Virus record (IMG/VR): IMGVR_UViG_3300010334_000190
Location: 1-30,213 of that record
From: a virus
Lineage: Duplodnaviria > Caudoviricetes
Strand: one strand, 5' to 3'
DNA length: 30,213 bases
Shown here in pieces: positions 1 through 6,411 of the stretch. Each line of letters begins with the position of its first letter. Within the stretch, counting starts at the first letter, position 1. The notes beneath the pieces were generated by a model. The model did not search any database. It was not told where the DNA came from and worked only from the letters and a program-made list of their open reading frames with translations. The translations under genes and the position numbers were made by a program.

Positions 1-1
1 A

Positions 2-91
2 GACAGCAAGTACCACTGCGACAAGGAATGGATTGCAGGCTGGCGTCGCACGGCAAGAAGGCTGTTGGCAATTGCCAAACGAATGGAGTAG
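2..91 (+). CDS. 3' end of a possible plus-strand gene running in from the window edge
   Basis: Open frame 2..91 (DSKYHCDKEWIAGWRRTARRLLAIAKRME*) ends in TAG 5 bp from the stop of the convergent 97..483 ORF. Confidence 0.35.
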   Translation, partial: DSKYHCDKEWIAGWRRTARRLLAIAKRME

Positions 92-96
92 TGGCG

Positions 97-483
97 TCAA
101 TCAAACAGATGCTGTCTCGCCGCCTGCCGCCGGGCCATTGCGTCCACTCGTGACGGATGGCCCGGCTCGGCTGGCAGTTTGTCGGGTGGCGTCATGAACG
201 CCTCAATGTCGTCGCCCAGCTGCGAGGCCCGGTATTCAACCTCTCGCACCGTGTCGAGCACAAGCGTGTGGTCGCCGGCCTTGGCTCTGTCGGTCAACTC
301 GCCCTGGCCGCCCTTGCTCGGATCGTAGATGAGCTCAATCGTCCACGTGACGCGAGCACCGATGCGGGCCAGCTTGGTCAGGAACTTTCGCATTGGTGGC
401 GAAAGTCGCTCGGGCATGCGGCGCCGCTTGCCCTTTGCTGGCGGCAGATCGTCATCGACGAATGAACGCTGAACCTCGCTCAT
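97..483 (-). CDS. hypothetical phage protein, 128 aa
   Basis: ORF overlaps the upstream gene's spacer compactly and is preceded by the CTTGAC-N8-AACACT-N6-ATG motif. Confidence 0.7.
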   Translation of the reverse strand: MSEVQRSFVDDDLPPAKGKRRRMPERLSPPMRKFLTKLARIGARVTWTIELIYDPSKGGQGELTDRAKAGDHTLVLDTVREVEYRASQLGDDIEAFMTPPDKLPAEPGHPSRVDAMARRQAARQHLFD

Positions 484-509
484 GCTGTGAGTGTTGCAGA
501 AGAGTCAAG
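484..509 (-). promoter_or_regulatory. class II promoter-like motif (leaderless)
   Basis: Minus strand CTTGAC tcttctgc AACACT cacagc ATG; same geometry at 5920, 28399 and 28980. Confidence 0.6.
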
Positions 510-888
510 TCCGCCTGGCTTCTCGGCACGCTTGACGCATCCACGTCCGGTTCGACATTGACTCAAACCAGAGCCTCGCAAACACCGCGACGGTATGCTC
601 GCCGACGCTTGAGTAGAGCGACCGCAGTTGCTCGCTGTCGCCCCACATCGCCTCAACATCCTCTCGCACTTTGGCAATCAGAACCTTGGCGTCTTGGATC
701 GCTGCCGACTGCGACTCCGGCTGCGTGCGTGCAAGCTTCGTCCAGTGCTCGGCGTTCCAGCAACGGCAGATCGCGTCCACAAACTCGTCAAACGCACGGC
801 CGGCGTTGACCGCTCGAGGTCCGATCTCCTGCCTCAGTCGGCTGCGCAGGTGCGGCAGCATTCCGCCCGGCGCGTCGCCCACCGTCAC
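505..888 (-). CDS. hypothetical protein, 127 aa
   Basis: GTG start overlaps the stop of the upstream ORF (GTGA); GGAG upstream. Confidence 0.7.
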   Translation of the reverse strand: MTVGDAPGGMLPHLRSRLRQEIGPRAVNAGRAFDEFVDAICRCWNAEHWTKLARTQPESQSAAIQDAKVLIAKVREDVEAMWGDSEQLRSLYSSVGEHTVAVFARLWFESMSNRTWMRQACREARRT

Positions 889-1187
889 CTCCCGCCCGCA
901 GGCCGTGGTGGTGCATCAGGCGTGGACGACGCGCCGGCCGCCTTTCCGCCACAAGCAGGACAGGTAGTCCTGTGGCCGTCGCCGTGGACGATATAGCCTC
1001 GCCCACCGCAGTCAGCACAGACGGCAGGCTTGGGTTTGGGAGGCTCTGGCGTGGGCTCTGGCGCCTTCTCTGGTGCCGTGGTGGAATACGCAGCCGAGAC
1101 AGCCGCCGAGGCCCGTGGAGCCTCACGGTCAATCTGTGATGGATCTGCGGAAAGAGCCGCCAGAACGGAGAGGATGTATTGCCACAT
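885..1187 (-). CDS. exported/membrane protein with DnaJ-type zinc-finger motifs
   Basis: Hydrophobic N-terminus MWQYILSVLAALS, Pro-rich linker, CADCGGRG...CPACGG. Confidence 0.7.
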   Translation of the reverse strand: MWQYILSVLAALSADPSQIDREAPRASAAVSAAYSTTAPEKAPEPTPEPPKPKPAVCADCGGRGYIVHGDGHRTTCPACGGKAAGASSTPDAPPRPAGGR

Positions 1188-1190
1188 GCG

Positions 1191-1451
1191 TCACCACCCT
1201 TGTCCGTGGTTGACGATCTTGTGACCGTCAGCGTCAACGCGAGCGTGAACGACGTACGCCTGATCTGACGGCGGCTGCTCCGCGAACATCATTGCCCACA
1301 GCCCGAGTCGGGCAAGCCTCTGGATGAGCCGCAGCACGGGCCGCTGTGGCTCGGGCTTCACCGGCGAGTAGTCGGATGTCGCCGCCCACCAGGTGATGAG
1401 CACAGCCACCAGGCCAACGACGACGGTGGATTGAATTTCCTTCTTGGTCAT
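1191..1451 (-). CDS. small membrane protein (86 aa from ATG 1451)
   Basis: TM segment TVVVGLVAVLITWWAA; ATGA overlap with the upstream stop. Confidence 0.7.
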   Translation of the reverse strand: MTKKEIQSTVVVGLVAVLITWWAATSDYSPVKPEPQRPVLRLIQRLARLGLWAMMFAEQPPSDQAYVVHARVDADGHKIVNHGQGW

Positions 1452-1675
1452 CGGTCGTCGCTCCATAGCGAGTAGAGGAACATGACAACGCAGGCACCGA
1501 TCACGCTACCGATCAGCCCGGCAGGAGCGTCTCCAAATGGCAAGCCGCCGGCGAGCGAGCCGATGATGCCGAGTCCGATAGTCGGCACCCAACCGTCAGG
1601 ACACTTGCCCGGCATAATCCACTTTGCGGCGCCGCCGACGATCGCACCGAATACGAGCCAGATGACAAGACCCAT
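1448..1675 (-). CDS. GlsB/YeaQ/YmgE (transglycosylase-associated) family membrane protein
   Basis: IWLVFGAIVGGAAKWIMPG...TIGLGIIGSLAGG...LIGSVIGACVVMFLY matches the family pattern; AGGAG SD. Confidence 0.85.
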   Translation of the reverse strand: MGLVIWLVFGAIVGGAAKWIMPGKCPDGWVPTIGLGIIGSLAGGLPFGDAPAGLIGSVIGACVVMFLYSLWSDDR

Positions 1676-1684
1676 GCGTGTCTC

Positions 1685-2761
1685 CTAGTTGGGTGATGGC
1701 GTGAGCCAGTTGCCGTGGTCGAGGTCGCGGTAGCGGAAGTTGATACCGCTGATTGAGAACGAGTCGTTTCCAGAGAGCATCGCGTCAACGGTCTCGCGGC
1801 TCACCCAGAACGAGCCGTCAGGCTGGTCTGCCGGCCACTTCGGGCCGGAGTTCCATACCGCCCACGAGTTCATACAGAGCAAGCCGTCACGCTTTCCTTC
1901 GTTCTTGGCGTAACGCACGGCGATGAAGCACATGCAATGAGCCCACGAGCCAGACCTGGCAGCAAACCCATCGGCATCACGTTGCGAGGAAAAGCCAACG
2001 CCGCTGCACACTGGAACGCAGTAGCCGCTTTCAATGCTTGCAGCCGCTTCGTCAAAGTTCCGAACCAGCGCCACGTTCTTGGCAGTGTTCTTGTTGGCCA
2101 GCTTTGCAAGCGAGATCCCGGCCTGCCCGCCACCGCAGAGCAGGTTGCCCCATTCCTTCGCCCTGGTGGGGCTGTAGTTCGTGAGATCAGCACCTGGATA
2201 CTGCTGGCGAAAGAGTATGCCGCCAAGTGTCGGGTCTTTGCATTTTCCAGCCACCCAGCGAGCACATGCACCTCCGTAAGAGCCATCGCTGTACCCGGCC
2301 TGACTGACAGGAGGGAGACGCCCAGCGGTGCGACTTCCTGAATACAGTGGTTCAGTTGCGACAAGCTTCGGAGGCTCTGGCAATTCGCCTTCGGCCCAAT
2401 CCACACATTGGCCAACATAGCTTCCCATAGCCCAACCAAAGCTTGTGCAATCGCCTATCCCCTGCTTCCAAGGCCCAAACGGAGTGCCATAGACCTGGCG
2501 GTGAGCACGGTCTGCGAATCGGTAAAGGAACGAATCCTTCTGCTTGGCGTTCTTGATCACGTCTTTGGCTGCGTCTGAGAACAGCGGCTGATCAAGTTCC
2601 GCTAAGAATCTTGCCGTGCCTGCAGGATCTGGCGTATATCCGAACCGGGCATCAATAGCGTCCGCCGTGCGGCGCGTGGCACGTTCAACGAGCGCGCCGA
2701 GGATCGCCATGACGACCACAAACGTGACGGCGCCGACAGACCAGCGATTACTACGTGACAT
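1685..2761 (-). CDS. membrane-anchored papain-like (C1-type) cysteine peptidase
   Basis: N-terminal TM helix; QGIGDCTSFG (oxyanion Q and catalytic C), WAHCMCFIA (His), CMNSW (Asn), GSFWV; start at ATG 2761 preferred. Confidence 0.8.
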   Translation of the reverse strand: MSRSNRWSVGAVTFVVVMAILGALVERATRRTADAIDARFGYTPDPAGTARFLAELDQPLFSDAAKDVIKNAKQKDSFLYRFADRAHRQVYGTPFGPWKQGIGDCTSFGWAMGSYVGQCVDWAEGELPEPPKLVATEPLYSGSRTAGRLPPVSQAGYSDGSYGGACARWVAGKCKDPTLGGILFRQQYPGADLTNYSPTRAKEWGNLLCGGGQAGISLAKLANKNTAKNVALVRNFDEAAASIESGYCVPVCSGVGFSSQRDADGFAARSGSWAHCMCFIAVRYAKNEGKRDGLLCMNSWAVWNSGPKWPADQPDGSFWVSRETVDAMLSGNDSFSISGINFRYRDLDHGNWLTPSPN

Positions 2762-3305
2762 CGGCGGCTGCCCTCGACAGGTCACGGAATGCTGAGACCC
2801 ACGCCGACCGGCTCTCGGGCGTCACAGGACCACCAGACGAACCCACGGCGTCGTCAAGGAACCGATGGACGGCTTCCCGCACCTGTGGCTGGCGAGCACC
2901 AATGCTTTCGCCTTTGCACCGCATCTCGCGGGCGGCGATCCGCAAGTCGTCAAACGCCACGCCAGTCTTGAGCCGTTGATCGTGGGAGCCGTCGTATTCA
3001 ATGCAGTCGGCGAGCTCACCACACAGTGCGGACATCGTCGCCGCATCTTCAGCAGCAGTCGGGCCGATGAACTTGCCACGCAACGAGAACGCATCAGGCG
3101 GTACAGGAGCCGGCTCAGGCTTTGGAGTGCTCGAGCTGCGAGGCATGAACGAGATGGCAGCAGCGACGACCAGGGCTAGCACAGCAACGTGCTTGCCGTC
3201 GAGCGTGGGCATCTTGGCTGTGGCATACCACGCTTTCACCCTCTCGGTGATCTGCTGGCCCGCAAGCACGTAGACGGCAAACGCCACAAGGAGAGCAGTG
3301 ATCAC
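2751..3305 (-). CDS. membrane protein with two N-terminal hydrophobic segments and a helical soluble domain
   Basis: MITALLVAFAVYVLAG and HVAVLALVVAAAISFM, then Pro-rich linker; coupled to neighbours. Confidence 0.75.
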   Translation of the reverse strand: MITALLVAFAVYVLAGQQITERVKAWYATAKMPTLDGKHVAVLALVVAAAISFMPRSSSTPKPEPAPVPPDAFSLRGKFIGPTAAEDAATMSALCGELADCIEYDGSHDQRLKTGVAFDDLRIAAREMRCKGESIGARQPQVREAVHRFLDDAVGSSGGPVTPESRSAWVSAFRDLSRAAADVT

Positions 3306-3664
3306 GTTGACGACCTCACCATTGGGAGCATGGATTCAACGGCACCGGCCGCGAGAGCCAGAACAAACGCACGCAAAGCCGGACGCAGGATTGCCCACGC
3401 TGGATACGCCACGAGCGGCACGCACCGGCTGGCTGTCGTGTCAAAGAGCGCAGCCACGGCGGCCACGGCGATCGCCTTCTTCTCAGGGCCGGACAACGAC
3501 TTGACGCGGTCAAGCGTCTCCACGGCGAGCCGGAGCAGGGCGACCATGAGCTCGCCAAACTCCTGCCAAGTCAGACCGTCAGCCGCCGTACGCCGAGCGT
3601 CGGACAGGAATGACATAACTTTTGCGTCGAGGCCGGCGACGGCGGATGGATGGTCTGATGCCAT
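3302..3664 (-). CDS. hypothetical hydrophobic protein, holin candidate
   Basis: 120 aa with amphipathic/hydrophobic helices; first gene after the class I promoter motif. Confidence 0.6.
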   Translation of the reverse strand: MASDHPSAVAGLDAKVMSFLSDARRTAADGLTWQEFGELMVALLRLAVETLDRVKSLSGPEKKAIAVAAVAALFDTTASRCVPLVAYPAWAILRPALRAFVLALAAGAVESMLPMVRSST

Positions 3665-3710
3665 GCCGCCAGACTAGGCCGGTAGAGTCAAAACTAGACC
3701 GGCTCTGCCG
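3665..3710 (-). promoter_or_regulatory. class I late promoter-like motif
   Basis: CGGCAGAGCCGGTCT-N19-TAGTCT-N6-ATG; the spacer also contains TTGAC. Confidence 0.65.
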
Positions 3711-4446
3711 CTTCACACTCTGCGAGACAAGCTGCGTAGCCAGCCAAGTCAATCGGCCCGTCTGCAGTCTTGTTTGGCCCGAGGAATCGTGCCACCTTGT
3801 CAAACGTCATGAAGATCGCCCAGTCGCTCTCCGTGAGCGGACGTTTCAGCACGTCGGCGAAAGCGGCGTTGATCATGCCGATGGTGCGCCGGAAATGATG
3901 TTTCGGGCCGCCGTATTTTGGGCGTCGGTCACGAACGACATCTATGGCATCCATCAGCAATCTTTCGGCAGGCGATACGTCGTCGTGATCCTTGGCGATG
4001 ATGCTGTCACCAGTCCAGCGGATGTCGTCCGGTGCGACTTCCATCTCCTTCTGTCCCTGCAGAATCCAGTCAACAGGCACCGTCTCCTCTGGCTCTGTCC
4101 GGTCGGCGTGATACTTTGCAGAACTCGCCTGTGTGATTTCTTTCCAGCCAGCCTCTAGCTCTTGCGGCGTGGGCTGGCACTTACCACCGTCGCAGCATCC
4201 GCCGGAAAACAACTGGTCAGGCGTCGGCATGGAAGCGTTGCCGGCCAAGCGAGTCTCCACGGCCTCCCGCAGCTGCGTGTTGGTGTTCTGGAGATCCGTA
4301 ATAAATCCTTGCATCTTTTTCCTTTCAAGTAGAAGTCGTGCAACGTCTGCGGCAAGAGAGCCTGCCGTGCCGGTCCACTGCCCCTGGTAGCGGTACGCTC
4401 GCTGGCGTGCGTCGGCAAGATAGTCGTCTGTCAATTCGTAATCCAT
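3694..4446 (-). CDS. protein with C-terminal DUF6378-like (alpha-helical NTP-pyrophosphatase-related) domain
   Basis: DRRPKYGGPKHHF...FMTFDKVAR...DGPIDLAGYAAC matches the DR..YG.P..F / K..R / D..GYAA pattern. Confidence 0.75.
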   Translation of the reverse strand: MDYELTDDYLADARQRAYRYQGQWTGTAGSLAADVARLLLERKKMQGFITDLQNTNTQLREAVETRLAGNASMPTPDQLFSGGCCDGGKCQPTPQELEAGWKEITQASSAKYHADRTEPEETVPVDWILQGQKEMEVAPDDIRWTGDSIIAKDHDDVSPAERLLMDAIDVVRDRRPKYGGPKHHFRRTIGMINAAFADVLKRPLTESDWAIFMTFDKVARFLGPNKTADGPIDLAGYAACLAECEAAEPV

Positions 4447-4449
4447 GCG

Positions 4450-5523
4450 TCAACGCTTTGCTCTGAGGTCTCTGTCGCAGTAGATCGGCATCGCCTTCGT
4501 CACCTCATTCCGGCCGTGGTCAATGACGATGCACGCCTGACACGGAGGCTCATACGCAGCCTTGATTCGTGTGGCGTATGCCGAATGCCCGATGACGCTA
4601 CCGTTTGCTACGTAGCGTCCGGCTCGCAACCACTGGAACTGATGCCAATGGCCAAAGCAGGTGAGGTCTGCTCGAGTGACGGCATCCCAAGCGGCAATAG
4701 CCTTGTTGGTCGGGATCGTGATTCCACCGACGCCTCCTCCGTATCGGATGGCGTGGCCGTGATGAAAGCGAATACGGAAGCCGTCTAAGTCAACGTAATT
4801 GAGGTAGCCTGTGCCAACCTGCCACTGCACATTCTTTCGCTTTTCCTCGCTGGCGAGCGTCAGGTAGAGGTGCTGCTCAAAGCTGTGCTCCATCTCTGTG
4901 CCGATTCTGAGCTTCTCAGTGGATCGCCCGTGGTTTCCGCTGTTCGTGGCGACGATGATAGAGCTTGCCCTATCAGACACAGCGTCAATGAAAGCCCGCA
5001 GCCTTTCGCCTATCCAGCGTGTTGCGGCAAGCGGCGCCAGTTGGGCCAGCTCTGCCGTGTCGTCGTGAATGTGGCCACTAAGCAGGTCACCTCCAAGCCA
5101 GACGACTACTCTGTCAATGCGGGCCAGCTGCCGCTCATGGTCAAGAAGGCGAAAGAATCGTTCGTGAAGCTCATCAAGACGCTTTTGACATACGTCAAGG
5201 CTGTAGTCGTTGAGTCCGTTCACAGTCCGAGGATCAACACGCTCCTCGCAGTGAATGTCTGACAGCAGCACGACCATAGTCGCGTCATGCTTTTTGTGCT
5301 TGCCGACGCTGGCCGACACACTGCCAGAAGGCTTGATTCCTTTGAGTTGCACCAGGGCGTCACCACGCTCCCTCTCCCGGTCGATCTGAGCCAGGGCGGA
5401 CTTGTACCGTCCCTTCAGCGTGGCCACCTCAGAACGCAGCCTGGCGAGCTCTGCGTCGGTCGCCAGGTGCTGCGAGGCGTCGATCGTTTCGGCCACCTCG
5501 GCGATCAGGCTTTTCCTAGCCAT
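4450..5523 (-). CDS. calcineurin-like metallophosphoesterase with N-terminal coiled coil
   Basis: Motifs SDIH, GGD, GNHGR, HHGH, GHWH; start ATG 5523 follows AAGGAG. Confidence 0.88.
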   Translation of the reverse strand: MARKSLIAEVAETIDASQHLATDAELARLRSEVATLKGRYKSALAQIDRERERGDALVQLKGIKPSGSVSASVGKHKKHDATMVVLLSDIHCEERVDPRTVNGLNDYSLDVCQKRLDELHERFFRLLDHERQLARIDRVVVWLGGDLLSGHIHDDTAELAQLAPLAATRWIGERLRAFIDAVSDRASSIIVATNSGNHGRSTEKLRIGTEMEHSFEQHLYLTLASEEKRKNVQWQVGTGYLNYVDLDGFRIRFHHGHAIRYGGGVGGITIPTNKAIAAWDAVTRADLTCFGHWHQFQWLRAGRYVANGSVIGHSAYATRIKAAYEPPCQACIVIDHGRNEVTKAMPIYCDRDLRAKR

Positions 5524-5768
5524 TCGCATACTCCTTGAGTGCCTACCGTTGCGATGCCACGCTCGTGCAGATGAGCGGCGATGATCCTTGCGGCGGTGTT
5601 CCGCCTTACCTTCAGCTTGCCGGACTTCCACGCGGCCCTGAGCTCCTCGAGCTCGGCTTGGTGCTCTGGTGCGACACGCTCATACCACGGCGTGTTCCCG
5701 TGAACCCTAGTCGGCAGCGATTCAATCACGGCGGCAACGAGGCTTCCGCTGTGGCGTTTTCGTGCCAT
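5505..5768 (-). CDS. small helical protein, possibly DNA binding (87 aa from ATG 5768)
   Basis: Compact ORF coupled to the phosphoesterase; AAGGA upstream. Confidence 0.7.
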   Translation of the reverse strand: MARKRHSGSLVAAVIESLPTRVHGNTPWYERVAPEHQAELEELRAAWKSGKLKVRRNTAARIIAAHLHERGIATVGTQGVCEWLGKA

Positions 5769-5919
5769 CGGCCTGATCCTTTCGCTTGAGGTGAATCCAC
5801 CCGTCATCGTCTGGGATTCCACCGCCGGCCACGTCGTCTTCTTCGTCGTCAGAGTCAAACGGCGACAGGTCCGCAGGCGGCTGCGTCTTGGGCTTCGGCT
5901 GTGATCGCTGGCGTCCCAT
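5722..5919 (-). CDS. small basic/acidic hypothetical protein, 65 aa
   Basis: ATG lies exactly 6 nt after the class II motif. Confidence 0.6.
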   Translation of the reverse strand: MGRQRSQPKPKTQPPADLSPFDSDDEEDDVAGGGIPDDDGWIHLKRKDQADGTKTPQRKPRCRRD

Positions 5920-5945
5920 GCCGATAGGGTGGCAGGCGTGTCAAG
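5920..5945 (-). promoter_or_regulatory. class II promoter-like motif (leaderless)
   Basis: CTTGAC acgcctgc CACCCT atcggc ATG. Confidence 0.6.
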
Positions 5946-6411
5946 CGGATGGGCCTTTCTTTAGGCCCTCGTTTGTCAATGGGCTGGCGTACAGCGTATT
6001 AGCTATAGCCGCCACATCCTCTGGCTCGACGTGTGCAGGAAGAACCACTTGCAGCGCCGCATTGGCGGCCCTTTCTACCACGGCTGACACGGCGGCACCG
6101 GCGGCGTCAAGCTTGTTTGCTCGCTCTTTACAGCCGCAGTCTTTGCCAGTGATTTTCTTCACGGCTAGCGGAGTTATCCCAAAGCGTGCAAACGTCTTTG
6201 ACATTGCGGTGCCGACGAGTAGTGGCGGCACGGTGATCCGTTTTGCTGCCATGCCATGAGCAATAGTCTCGGCCTTTTCCATAAGCGTCTGGCAATACCG
6301 ATAGTGAGGAACCTTCTTGGCGACGTATCCGCACCGAGAGCAGGCAAGCGTCTCGGCGTCAAACTCGCACAAGCCGTCTAGACGTTTGCCAGTTTTATCG
6401 TTACCGACCAC
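5941..6411 (-). CDS. Cys-rich tail-associated hypothetical protein (start uncertain)
   Basis: CSRCG and KDCGCKERANKLD motifs; last gene of the tail operon. Confidence 0.7.
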   Translation of the reverse strand: MVGNDKTGKRLDGLCEFDAETLACSRCGYVAKKVPHYRYCQTLMEKAETIAHGMAAKRITVPPLLVGTAMSKTFARFGITPLAVKKITGKDCGCKERANKLDAAGAAVSAVVERAANAALQVVLPAHVEPEDVAAIANTLYASPLTNEGLKKGPSA

